Source of the DNA: a virus | Lineage: Duplodnaviria > Heunggongvirae > Uroviricota > Caudoviricetes | IMG/VR virus record: IMGVR_UViG_2526164632_000023 | Length of the DNA stretch: 17,922 nucleotides | Reading direction: 5' to 3' (one strand) | In this document: in pieces, positions 7,358 to 16,457 of the stretch | Numbering within the stretch: the first letter of the stretch is position 1 | Layout: each line of letters opens with the position of its first letter | Program-made: the position numbers and the translations under genes | Notes under the pieces: model-generated | What the model saw: only the letters and a program-made list of their open reading frames with translations | Database searches by the model: none | What the model was told of the DNA's origin: nothing

Positions 7358-8008
7358 ATGAATGCACGAAAAGCGGTACTGGCAGATAATCCAGAATTGA
7401 TCCTGCGTGTGCTACAGCTGAGATTTGACGAGTCACTGTCGTACCCGCGCATTTCTGCGCAGACTGGTGTCAGCAAAACCGCCATTTTTTCTCTGGTGAG
7501 GCGATTTCACCAGGTATTCACTGACTGGCCTCTTTCCGGTGAATATTCCTGCGGGCAACTGGCCCGGGCTCTTTTCCCGGGGCGATACCCTTCAGCCCCG
7601 ACCGTGACTCAGCCTGTGAAAGCAGAGAAACCCCGCCGGAACCGATTTTCACCGGAGTTTAAATGGAGACTGGTTCAGCAAACTCTTTTACCCGGTGCCT
7701 GTGTCGCACAAATAGCTCGAGAGAATGGAATTAACGATAACCTGCTCTTTAACTGGCGGCATCTCTGGCGTAACGGTGGCCTGCAACCGCCCGGCGAACA
7801 TGAAACATCGCTACTTCCCGTGACGTTAACTCCGGAGCCGGATAATAAAATCCCGGCACCAGTGCAGATACCTGAACAGATAAATACACTGCCAGACAGT
7901 CTGTGCTGCGAGCTGGTTCTGCCGGCCGGAACTCTCAGGCTGAAAGGTGAACTGACACCGGCGTTATTACAGACACTTATCCGCGAAATGAAAGGGAGCA
8001 GCCACTGA
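7358..8008 (+). CDS. tnpA: IS66-family accessory protein TnpA (orfA)
   Basis: 216 aa with HTH-like N-terminus; position and sequence typical of IS66 orfA; stop overlaps the tnpB start. Confidence 0.8.
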   Translation: MNARKAVLADNPELILRVLQLRFDESLSYPRISAQTGVSKTAIFSLVRRFHQVFTDWPLSGEYSCGQLARALFPGRYPSAPTVTQPVKAEKPRRNRFSPEFKWRLVQQTLLPGACVAQIARENGINDNLLFNWRHLWRNGGLQPPGEHETSLLPVTLTPEPDNKIPAPVQIPEQINTLPDSLCCELVLPAGTLRLKGELTPALLQTLIREMKGSSH

Positions 8009-8355
8009 TGATATCTCTCCCTGCCGGTTCGCGTATCTGGCTGGTTGCCGGTATCACCGATATGCGAAATGGCTTTAACGGCCTGGCCTCAAAAGTTCAG
8101 AACGTCCTGAAGGATGACCCGTTCTCCGGGCATCTGTTCATCTTCCGCGGACGCCGGGGTGACCAGATAAAAGTGCTGTGGGCTGACAGTGACGGACTGT
8201 GCCTCTTCACCAAACGCCTGGAGCGGGGCCGCTTCGTCTGGCCGGTCACCCGCGATGGAAAGGTTCACCTTACTCCGGCTCAGTTGTCCATGCTTCTCGA
8301 AGGCATCGACTGGAAGCACCCGAAACGAACGGAACGCGCTGGCATCCGCATATAA
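8008..8355 (+). CDS. tnpB: IS66-family accessory protein TnpB (orfB)
   Basis: 115 aa, MISLPAGSRIWLVAGITDMRNGFNGLA...LWADSDGLCLFTKRLERGRF is the conserved IS66 orfB signature. Confidence 0.9.
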   Translation: MISLPAGSRIWLVAGITDMRNGFNGLASKVQNVLKDDPFSGHLFIFRGRRGDQIKVLWADSDGLCLFTKRLERGRFVWPVTRDGKVHLTPAQLSMLLEGIDWKHPKRTERAGIRI

Positions 8356-8374
8356 CCCGTTGTAAAGTGAGGAT

Positions 8375-9945
8375 ATGGACACCTCACTTGCTCATGAGAA
8401 TGCCCGCCTGCGGGCACTGTTGCAGACGCAACAGGACACCATCCGCCAGATGGCGAAATACAACCGCCTGCTCTCACAGCGGGTGGCGGCTTATGCTTCC
8501 GAAATCAACCGGCTGAAGGCGCTGGTTGCGAAACTGCAGCGCATGCAGTTCGGTAAAAGCTCAGAAAAACTTCGCGCTAAAACCGAACGGCAGATACAGG
8601 AAGCACAGGAGCGAATCAGCGCACTTCAGGAAGAAATGGCGGAAACGCTGGGTGAGCAATATGACCCGGTACTGCCATCCGCCCTGCGCCAGTCTTCAGC
8701 CCGTAAACCGTTACCGGCCTCACTTCCCCGTGAAACCCGGGTCATCCGGCCGGAAGAGGAATGCTGCCCGGCCTGTGGTGGTGACCTCAGTCCTCTGGGG
8801 TGTGATGTGTCAGAGCAACTGGAGCTTATCAGCAGCGCCTTTAAGGTTATCGAAACACAACGTCCGAAACTGGCCTGTTGTCGGTGCGACCATATCGTGC
8901 AGGCAACAGTACCTTCAAAACCCATTGCACGCAGTTATGCCGGAGCGGGGCTTCTGGCCCATGTTGTTACCGGGAAATATGCAGACCATCTGCCGTTATA
9001 CCGCCAGTCAGAAATATACCGTCGCCAGGGCGTGGAGCTGAGCCGCGCCACGCTGGGGCGCTGGACAGGTGCCGTTGCTGAACTGCTGGAGCCGCTGTAT
9101 GACGTCCTGCGCCAGTATGTGCTGATGCCCGGTAAAGTCCATGCTGATGATATCCCCGTCCCGGTCCAGGAGCCGGGCAGCGGTAAAACCCGGACCGCCC
9201 GGCTGTGGGTCTACGTCCGTGATGACCGTAACGCCGGTTCGGAAATGCCCCCGGCGGTCTGGTTCGCGTACTCACCGGACCGGAAAGGTATCCATCCACA
9301 AAATCATCTGGCCGGTTACAGCGGTGTGCTTCAGGCCGATGCTTACGGTGGTTACCGGGTGTTATACGAATCCGGCAGAATAACGGAAGCCGCGTGTATG
9401 GCTCATGCCCGGAGAAAAATCCACGATGTGCATGCAAGAGTGCCCACCGACATCACCACGGAAGCCCTGCAGCGTATCGGTGAACTGTATGCCATAGAGG
9501 CAGAATCCGGGGATGTACAGCAGAACAGCGTCTGGCGGCAAGAAAAGCCAGAGCTGCGCCACTGATGCAGTCACTGTATGACTGGATACAGACTCAGATG
9601 AAAACACTGTCGCGTCACTCGGATACGGCAAAAGCGTTCGCATACCTGCTGAAACAGTGGGATGGCCTGAACGTGTACTGCAGTAATGGCTGGGTGGAAA
9701 TCGACAACAACATCGCAGAGAACGCCTTACGGGGAGTGGCCGTAGGCCGGAAAAACTGGCTGTTCGCGGGTTCCGACAGCGGTGGCGAACATGCGGCGGT
9801 GTTGTACTCGCTGATCGGCACATGCCGTCTGAACAATGTGGAACCAGAAAAATGGCTGCGTTACGTCATTGAGCATATCCAGGATTGGCCGGCAAACCGG
9901 GTACGCGATCTGTTGCCCTGGAAAGTTGATCTGACCTCTCAGTAA
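8375..9945 (+). pseudogene. tnpC: IS66-family transposase TnpC, split by an apparent 1-nt frameshift near 9500-9510
   Basis: ORF 8375-9565 has the leucine-zipper N-terminus, CPACGG...CCRC zinc-finger motif and DDE core; ORF 9565-9945 in another frame carries the conserved C-terminus [26 protein letters not shown]. The second frame is open back to 9484, so the shift lies in 9484-9565. Confidence 0.8.
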
Positions 9946-9975
9946 ATATCAATACGGTTCTGGCGAGCCGCTTAC

Positions 9976-9983
9976 GGTTGTTC
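9976..9983. repeat. Target-site duplication (right copy) GGTTGTTC
   Basis: See left copy at 7265-7272. Confidence 0.8.
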
Positions 9984-10177
9984 GGTGATTCTGGCTGATG
10001 TTTACATACTGATTTTTATGTATATGTTGGCGTGTGGCACTCAGACGTGAGCCGCCACAATGCCGCCTGACCCCCTGCGCGATGCCGGGTTGATCTGCGA
10101 GATGCCGAGAGTGTCGGGCGGCGCTCCCCCCGTGTTGGTTTCACGTCCTGAATCTTAACCAATGCGAGAAAACATTC

Positions 10178-11323
10178 ATGAAGAAATTAATCGAACTCCG
10201 CCAGCAAAAAACCGCCCTGAAAAACCAGATGCGATCCCTGCTGGAAAAAGCCGACAATGAAAACCGCAGCCTGAACGATGACGAAGGCAAACAGTTTGAT
10301 GAACTGCGTGCAAAAGCCGATTCCCTCGACACAGAAATTTCCCGCCTCGAGTCTGTGGCTGATGAAGAACGTAACCAGCCTGGTGTTCCCGTCGAAGATA
10401 AAATCACCAAAAATGAGCTACGCTCTTACATTCTGACCGGGGAAACCCGCAACCTGTCCGGCAGTGTTCCGGCTGATGGTGGTTATACGGTTATCCCGGA
10501 ACTGAACAGAGAAATTATGCGTCAGCTTTCTGATGAGTCGGTGATGCGTAAAATCTGTACTGTTAAAACCATTCACAGTAATGAATTTAAGCAACTGGTT
10601 TCTGCCGGGGGTGCGGTCGTGGGACACGGCGAAGAAGGTGCGGCACGTAACCAGACGGCAACCCCAAAACTGAATGAAGTCAGTATCCGCCTGTATCCGA
10701 TCTACGCTTACCCGAAAACCACTCAGGAAATTATCGATTTTTCCGAAGTCGATATTATGGGCTGGTTATCTTCTGAAATTGGCGACACTTTCGTTGATAC
10801 CGAAGAAACGGATCTGGTTTCCGGTGATGGCGAGAAAAAAGCCAAAGGTTTCCTGACTTTCCCGCGCACTACGGATAATGACAAAACCCGTCCTTTCGGT
10901 ACGCTCCAGACGAAAAAAGTGACTGGCAGTCTCAGCGCCGATATGCTGATTGACCTGAAATTTACGCTGCGCAATAAGTACCGCAAAAAAGCTGTATGGG
11001 TGATGAACTCAAATACAGCCGCCTCCGCACAAAAACTGAAAAATGCCACTGGTGATTACATCTGGCGCGATCGTTTACAGGCTGGTGATCCTGATTCTCT
11101 GCTGGGGCTTCCGGTTGAATATCTGGAATTTATGCCGGACGGTGTGATTGCAGTCGGTGACTTTAAGCGCGGTTATTTCATCGTTGACCATAAAACCGGT
11201 ACGCGTACCCGTCCGGATTTCAGCGAGCCTGGATTCATTAACATCTATACCCAGAAATATCTGGGCGGTGGTGTGGTGGATTCGAACGCCATCAAGATTC
11301 TGGAAATTCAGGCTGGCAAGTAA
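10178..11323 (+). CDS. Major capsid protein, HK97 fold, with N-terminal coiled-coil delta/scaffold domain
   Basis: 381 aa; coiled-coil-like N-terminus MKKLIELRQQKTALKNQMRSLLEKA...; GGYTVIPE and LLGLPVEYLEFMP...GDFKRGYFIVDHKTG motifs typical of HK97-family capsid proteins. Confidence 0.85.
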   Translation: MKKLIELRQQKTALKNQMRSLLEKADNENRSLNDDEGKQFDELRAKADSLDTEISRLESVADEERNQPGVPVEDKITKNELRSYILTGETRNLSGSVPADGGYTVIPELNREIMRQLSDESVMRKICTVKTIHSNEFKQLVSAGGAVVGHGEEGAARNQTATPKLNEVSIRLYPIYAYPKTTQEIIDFSEVDIMGWLSSEIGDTFVDTEETDLVSGDGEKKAKGFLTFPRTTDNDKTRPFGTLQTKKVTGSLSADMLIDLKFTLRNKYRKKAVWVMNSNTAASAQKLKNATGDYIWRDRLQAGDPDSLLGLPVEYLEFMPDGVIAVGDFKRGYFIVDHKTGTRTRPDFSEPGFINIYTQKYLGGGVVDSNAIKILEIQAGK

Positions 11324-11331
11324 TGAGCAAA

Positions 11332-11352
11332 GGGGGCTTCGGCCTCCTTTTT
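11332..11352 (+). terminator. Hairpin with UUCG tetraloop plus T5 tract between capsid and protease genes (candidate partial terminator)
   Basis: gggggc-ttcg-gcctcc (one G-U pair) followed by ttttt, 9 nt after the capsid stop. Confidence 0.45.
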
Positions 11353-11372
11353 CAGCTTTATGGAGTACACCG

Positions 11373-11933
11373 ATGAAAAACACCGATTTTGAAATCCGTA
11401 CATCTGAACTGACCGCCAGCGATAAAAAACTGGTGGGTTATGCCGTTCGCTGGAACAGCCTTTCAGAAATTATCTGGGACGAGTTTCGCGAACAGTTCAC
11501 GCCGGGGGCTTTTGCTGACTATCTGGCGGCGGGTAATGATGTGCGCTGTCTGTATGAGCATGACTATACCCAACTGCTGGGGCGTACCAAATCCGGCTCA
11601 CTGGTACTGACTGAGGATAACACCGGGCTACGTTTTGAACTGACACCGCCAAATACCCAGCTTGGAAAAGATGTGCTTACGCTGGTGGAACGTGGCGATA
11701 TTACAGGAATGAGCTTTGGCTTTCGCGCATTATGCGAGGAGTGGAATATCGCGCAAAAACCGTATCTGCGTACTGTAACCGCCGCAGAACTCCGTGAAAT
11801 CACGATAACATCGATGCCTGCTTATCCCGAATCCGGCGTGGAGATTGCCCACCGTTCGTTGTTTGCACAGTACCCTGAATTACGCCCGGCAGGAAATAAT
11901 CGTCATCGCTGGGCTGAACTGGCGGGGTTGTGA
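11373..11933 (+). CDS. Prohead maturation protease, HK97 family (S78/U35-like)
   Basis: Start at ATG 11373 with GGAG 8 nt upstream. KLVGYAVRWNS...FTPGAFADYL...LYEHDYTQLLGRTKSGSLVLTEDNTGLRFE...GDITGMSFGF matches the HK97 prohead protease family. Confidence 0.85.
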   Translation: MKNTDFEIRTSELTASDKKLVGYAVRWNSLSEIIWDEFREQFTPGAFADYLAAGNDVRCLYEHDYTQLLGRTKSGSLVLTEDNTGLRFELTPPNTQLGKDVLTLVERGDITGMSFGFRALCEEWNIAQKPYLRTVTAAELREITITSMPAYPESGVEIAHRSLFAQYPELRPAGNNRHRWAELAGL

Positions 11934-11934
11934 T

Positions 11935-13149
11935 ATGTGGTGGCCTTTTAGTCGTAAAAAAAGCGATCTGCGTAACCTGTCCATTGATGATTTTCTGGCG
12001 TTGTCTGGTGTACCAAATACCGGATCCGGAGAATATGTTTCTGCCGGGACGGCTGAATCATTGCCTGCTGTGATGAACGCGGTTTCTGTCATCGCTGAGG
12101 CGGTGGCCACGATGCCGTGTTACCTGTATCTGGTACGCAATGATAAGGGCAGAGAGGCGCGGGAATGGCTGGACAGTCACCCGGTAGATATTCTGCTGAA
12201 TGAGCAGCCTAATTCGTGCCTGACACCTTACCAGTTTAAACGCACAATGATGCGTCACTGCCTGCTGAACGGTAACGCCTATGCGGTTATTGAGTGGGGG
12301 CGGGACGGGCAGCCAAAATCACTTCATCCTTATGCGCCGGGGTGTGTTGTACCGGAACGCACAGGCACACACAAATACCGCTATACCATCACCGAACCCT
12401 GTACAGGAACGGTGCGCACGTATTTACAGGAAGAAGTTCTGCATCTCCGCTATGCCTCGGATGATGGCTTTCTGGGGCGTTCCCCCGTCACGATTTGCCG
12501 TGAGGCGCTGGGGCTTGGCCTTGCTCAACAGCGCCACGGAGCCAGCATTATGAAAGATGGCATGATGGCGGCAGGGATTATCACGTCAGGTGAATGGCTG
12601 GACGGCGTGAAAGGTAAACAGGCATTAGACGCACTGGAACGCTACAAGGGGGCGAAAAATGCCGGAAAAACGCCAATCCTTGAAGGGGGCATGGATTACA
12701 GGCAGCTGGGGATGAGTAACCAGGATGCGGAATGGCTGGCCTCCCGTCGCTTCTCCATTGAAGACATCGCCAGGATGTTCAACGTGTCGCCGATTTTTCT
12801 TCAGGAATACAGCAACAGCACCTACAGCAATTTCAGTGAGGCGAGCCGCGCATTTCTGACCATGACAATGCGCCCGTGGCTGGCGAACTTCGAACAGCAA
12901 ATCAAGGCCGCTTTGCTGGTGACTTCTCCCGTACCTGGTACCCGTTATCTGGTTGAGTTTGATTCAGCCGATTTACTGCGCGCCACACCCACCGAACGTT
13001 ATGCCACGTATGAGAAAGGGATTAAGAGCGGGATCATGAATCCGAACGAAGCTCGCGAACGCGAGGGTATGCCGCCGCGTGAAGGTGGTGATGAGTTCAG
13101 CCAGGCATGGAAACAGACTGTGAAAATTAAAGGGAGAAAAGATGAGTGA
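11935..13149 (+). CDS. Portal protein, HK97 family
   Basis: About 404 aa from ATG 11935, immediately after the protease stop; sequence typical of HK97-type portal proteins. Confidence 0.85.
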   Translation: MWWPFSRKKSDLRNLSIDDFLALSGVPNTGSGEYVSAGTAESLPAVMNAVSVIAEAVATMPCYLYLVRNDKGREAREWLDSHPVDILLNEQPNSCLTPYQFKRTMMRHCLLNGNAYAVIEWGRDGQPKSLHPYAPGCVVPERTGTHKYRYTITEPCTGTVRTYLQEEVLHLRYASDDGFLGRSPVTICREALGLGLAQQRHGASIMKDGMMAAGIITSGEWLDGVKGKQALDALERYKGAKNAGKTPILEGGMDYRQLGMSNQDAEWLASRRFSIEDIARMFNVSPIFLQEYSNSTYSNFSEASRAFLTMTMRPWLANFEQQIKAALLVTSPVPGTRYLVEFDSADLLRATPTERYATYEKGIKSGIMNPNEAREREGMPPREGGDEFSQAWKQTVKIKGRKDE

Positions 13150-13444
13150 AGCCAGAATTACACCTGATGAAGTCAGGGCACATCTTCGACTTGATGATGA
13201 TTTATCCGGTGAAGGCGAACTTCTGAAAATGTATACCGATGCGGCGCTGGAAGCCTGCCAGAAGCATATCGGGAAACGTTTTGAAGACGGGCTGGAATTT
13301 ACCCCGGCAATGCGTGTTGGTTGCCTGATGTACATCGCTTTCCTGTACGAGAACAGGGAAGCAGTTTCACCAGTGGAGCAGTCTGAACTGCCTATGGCTA
13401 TTTCTGCGCTCTGGTCGGTTTATCGTGATGTGGGGGTGTACTGA
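13142..13444 (+). CDS. Head-tail connector / gp6-like adaptor protein
   Basis: 100 aa, ITPDEVRAHLRLDDD...GELLKMYTDAALEACQKHIGKRF pattern typical of gp6-like head-tail connector proteins; start overlaps the portal stop. Confidence 0.65.
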   Translation: MSEARITPDEVRAHLRLDDDLSGEGELLKMYTDAALEACQKHIGKRFEDGLEFTPAMRVGCLMYIAFLYENREAVSPVEQSELPMAISALWSVYRDVGVY

Positions 13445-13884
13445 TGCCGTGGCAACCATTAAGGCGATGCACTGAGCCGGGCTGTAATAAGCGCGTGAAG
13501 TCCGGCAAGTGTGAAGAGCACAGACGGGCTGTATGGCGTGCAGAGGATGCCAGACGGGGACACCGCCGCGCGCGCGGGTATTCCCGACAGTGGGACAAAT
13601 ACCGCGCCCTGTACCTGAGCAAAAACCCGTTATGCGTGCGTTGTCTGGCTAAGGGGATTTATACGCCAGCTCTTGTGGTGGATCACATCATCCCCATCAA
13701 TGGCGGCGGTGATGTTCTCTTCTGGCCTGAGTGGAACCACCAGGCATTGTGCCAGACGTGCCACAACCGTAAGACGACACGGGAAGATCCAGCCACGAAA
13801 GCGAACCGTAAGGCGGGCATGTATCGCGAGCAGGAAGAACGGGCAGCACACCGTAACGACTGGATGTATGGCGATGATGACTGA
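13444..13884 (+). CDS. HNH endonuclease (packaging-associated)
   Basis: Cys-rich; CVRCLAKGIYTPALVVDHIIPINGGGD...WNHQALCQTCHNRKT contains an HNH-type D-H...N...H arrangement; sits beside terS/terL as in HNH-dependent cos packaging modules. Confidence 0.8.
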   Translation: MPWQPLRRCTEPGCNKRVKSGKCEEHRRAVWRAEDARRGHRRARGYSRQWDKYRALYLSKNPLCVRCLAKGIYTPALVVDHIIPINGGGDVLFWPEWNHQALCQTCHNRKTTREDPATKANRKAGMYREQEERAAHRNDWMYGDDD

Positions 13885-14053
13885 ACAGGAGCAAACCAGG
13901 CTGATACGTGGACTGATAAGGCAGCGTGACTTATGGAAGACACAGGAGACAGGGCACAAAGCCAACAGGACAGGGCGCACAAAACGCACCACAGCGAAGC
14001 GATTAACCGACCGTGACCGCGAGGTCATGGAATGTTTTCGCAATCGCTGGTGA
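13868..14053 (+). CDS. Small Arg/Thr-rich hypothetical protein (about 61 aa)
   Basis: In-frame ATGs at 13868/13874/13877 overlapping the HNH stop; MAMMTEQEQTRLIRGLIRQRDLWKTQETGHKANRTGRTKRTTAKRLTDRDREVMECFRNRW. Could be spurious. Confidence 0.25.
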   Translation: MAMMTEQEQTRLIRGLIRQRDLWKTQETGHKANRTGRTKRTTAKRLTDRDREVMECFRNRW

Positions 14054-14172
14054 GGCCGTCAGAGGGGGTGGGGGTGGTTTTCAGGACGAAACCGTCCCTG
14101 CCGGACACCGACCGCCTCCTCAAATTTTTGTGCACGGGAATTTTTTTGAAAATAATTGGGCGAAAAAAGAAC
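14054..14172. other. Candidate cos/packaging-initiation region between HNH and terS
   Basis: 119-bp non-coding gap with G-rich block (gagggggtgggggtgg), hairpin ggacg-aaac-cgtcc and T-rich tracts, positioned where cohesive-end sites lie in HNH-dependent HK97-like modules. Confidence 0.3.
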
Positions 14173-14529
14173 ATGGCAAGACCACCAAAAGCCCCCGCTT
14201 ACCTGGATGAAATCGCGGTCAGGCAGTGGAAGGAAAAATCGCGCCAGCTTTCCGGACGGGAAGACCTTACCCCCGCCGACTGGAGCAATCTGGAGCTGTA
14301 TTGTGTTAACTACTCCATATACCGCAAAGCCGTCGAAGACCTTGCCACGCGCGGGTTCAGCATTGTTAACAGTCAGGGCAGCGAGAGCAGAAACCCCGCC
14401 CTGAGCGCAAAGGCTGACGCTGAAAGAATAATGATCAAAATGGCTTCTTTGCTGGGTTTTGACCCGGTAAGTCGCCGCAGAAATCCACCGGAAACAGAGG
14501 AAGAGGACGAGCTTGACCGCCTGGCATGA
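14173..14529 (+). CDS. Terminase small subunit, P27 family
   Basis: Start at ATG 14173 (MARPPKAP...). LTPADWSNLELYCVNYSIYRKAVEDLATRGF...SRNPALSAKADAERIMIKMASLLGFDPVSRRR matches the P27-type TerS pattern. Confidence 0.75.
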   Translation: MARPPKAPAYLDEIAVRQWKEKSRQLSGREDLTPADWSNLELYCVNYSIYRKAVEDLATRGFSIVNSQGSESRNPALSAKADAERIMIKMASLLGFDPVSRRRNPPETEEEDELDRLA

Positions 14530-16174
14530 GTACGCAGAAGGCGTAAAAAACGGCAAAATTACGGCCTGTAAACGACTGAAACAGGCCGTTAAACGGTATT
14601 TTTCTGACCTTGAAAACCCCCTTTACACGTTCGATCCGGAGGTCGTGGAGCGGTTTATTGCCTTTTCCAGGGTGTGTCCGCACGTAAAAGGCGCAATGCG
14701 CGGTAGCCCCATTGAGCTGGAGCCGTGGCAGCAGTTCGCCTTTGCGTGCATCCTGGGCTTTAAGGTTAAGGCCACCGGACGGCGCAAATACACCAGCGCA
14801 TTCATTGAAGTGCCGCGAAAAAATGCCAAATCCACGGTCGCCGCTATCCTGGCTAACTGGTTTCTGGTTATGGAAAACGGGCAGCAGGATATTTACACCG
14901 CCGCCGTGAGTCGTGATCAGGCGCGGATCGTGTTTGATGATGCGCGTCAGATGTGCCTTTTATCCCGACCGTTACGAAAGCGGGTAAATATTCAGGCACA
15001 CAAGGTGATACACCCGAAAACCAACAGCCTGTTAAAGCCACTGGCAGCAAAAGCGGCAACCATTGAAGGTACAAACCCGAGTCTTGCCATTGTGGATGAA
15101 TATCACCTGCACCCTGACAACGGGGTTTATTCCGCGCTTGAACTGGGAATGGGGGCGCGTCCGGAGGGGCTGTTATTTGCCATCACCACATCGGGGAGCA
15201 ACGTTGTTTCAGCCTGTAAACAACACTATGACTATTGCTGCCAGATACTGGATGGTGAAGAGGTGAACGAATCCATGTTCGTGCTGATTTACGAGCTGGA
15301 TGATGAAAGCGAGGTTGACGATCCGGCGATGTGGATAAAGGCGAATCCCAATATCGATGTTTCCGTCGATCGTGAAAAACTGGCCTCAACCATCCAGAAA
15401 GCGCGGGGTATTCCGTCGCAGTGGGTGGAAATGCTCACCAAGCGATTCAATATCTGGTGTCAGGGGGCTACGCCGTGGATGGGTAACGGTGCATGGGCGG
15501 AGTGCGCCGGAACGTTCGCGGAGGCGGATTTATACGGTCAGGAGTGCTACGCGGGGCTGGACTTATCATCAACCAGCGATATTTCCAGCGTGTGCTATGC
15601 CTTTCCGGTCGGTAAAAAGATTATGCTGGTTTCCCGTCACTATCTGCCGGAATTTCAGCTACAGAACCCCGCCAATAAAAACCGCGCCATCTATCGCCAG
15701 TGGGTAAAGGCGGGCTGGATACGCACAACACCGGGTGACTGCATTGATTATGACCGTATCCGTGATGACATCATGGCGGATGCAGAGAATTTCAATATCA
15801 GGCTGGTGGGCTTCGATACATGGAACGCCACGCACCTGAGGACGCAGCTACAGGGGGCAGGATTTGAGGTGGAGCCGTTCCCGCAAACATACCTTCGTTT
15901 CAGTCCGGCGGCGAAATCGTTCGAAGTTTTTGTTAACCGGAAGGTGATTGTGCATCGTGGCGATCCGGTGCTGGCCTGGTCAATGAGTAATGTTGTGATG
16001 CAGAGTGACGCGAACGCCAATATCAAGCCGAACAAGAAAAAATCATCCAACAAGATAGACCCGAGCGTTGCGGCTCTGATGGCTTTTGGCACATTCCAGG
16101 CAGAGCATGAGGAATTTGCATTTGATATGAGCGACAGCCACAAAGAGCGGCTTGCGGCGTTTGATGGGGTATGA
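14513..16174 (+). CDS. Terminase large subunit
   Basis: 553 aa; N-terminal ATPase and C-terminal nuclease regions typical of TerL; overlaps the terS end by 17 nt. Confidence 0.9.
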   Translation: MTAWHEYAEGVKNGKITACKRLKQAVKRYFSDLENPLYTFDPEVVERFIAFSRVCPHVKGAMRGSPIELEPWQQFAFACILGFKVKATGRRKYTSAFIEVPRKNAKSTVAAILANWFLVMENGQQDIYTAAVSRDQARIVFDDARQMCLLSRPLRKRVNIQAHKVIHPKTNSLLKPLAAKAATIEGTNPSLAIVDEYHLHPDNGVYSALELGMGARPEGLLFAITTSGSNVVSACKQHYDYCCQILDGEEVNESMFVLIYELDDESEVDDPAMWIKANPNIDVSVDREKLASTIQKARGIPSQWVEMLTKRFNIWCQGATPWMGNGAWAECAGTFAEADLYGQECYAGLDLSSTSDISSVCYAFPVGKKIMLVSRHYLPEFQLQNPANKNRAIYRQWVKAGWIRTTPGDCIDYDRIRDDIMADAENFNIRLVGFDTWNATHLRTQLQGAGFEVEPFPQTYLRFSPAAKSFEVFVNRKVIVHRGDPVLAWSMSNVVMQSDANANIKPNKKKSSNKIDPSVAALMAFGTFQAEHEEFAFDMSDSHKERLAAFDGV

Positions 16175-16422
16175 CGAGAATGAGCGAAACCGAACTACTA
16201 AAAATAATCCGCCGCGTTACCGGAATCAGCCAGCAGCATGACGAACAGGCCACGCAGCCGGACAGCGTGACCGCCGAAAATTATGTGCGTGTTGTAGCGG
16301 AAGTGATGCGCCGTAATGGTATCCAGCTTAATGATGTGGATATGCGCAACATACGGATCCGCGTTCTGGAAATGCTGGCATACCGTCGCCGCGTGGAGAT
16401 GTATCGGGAGAAGGAAAAATAA
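16171..16422 (+). CDS. Hypothetical protein (83 aa) downstream of terL
   Basis: Start overlaps the terL stop (ATGA); no family recognised. Confidence 0.45.
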   Translation: MTRMSETELLKIIRRVTGISQQHDEQATQPDSVTAENYVRVVAEVMRRNGIQLNDVDMRNIRIRVLEMLAYRRRVEMYREKEK

Positions 16423-16457
16423 CTTACCACTGGAAGAAGCCGGAGCGGTTGCGGCGG

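Larger units (their letters stand above)
7273..9975 (+). mobile_element. IS66-family insertion sequence (2703 bp) with imperfect terminal inverted repeats starting GTAAGCG
   Basis: Left end gtaagcgcatcatttaaaccgt; right end (reverse complement) gtaagcggctcgccagaaccgt. Encodes the IS66 tnpA-tnpB-tnpC triad; flanked by an 8-bp direct duplication. Confidence 0.9.

Noticed and set aside
11148-11372. ORF-track N-terminal extensions of the protease (and likewise of the portal at 11845-11934 and terS at 14032-14172)
   Set aside because: The extensions overlap the upstream gene or non-coding gap and lack an RBS; internal ATGs at 11373, 11935 and 14173 have proper context and give family-typical N-termini.
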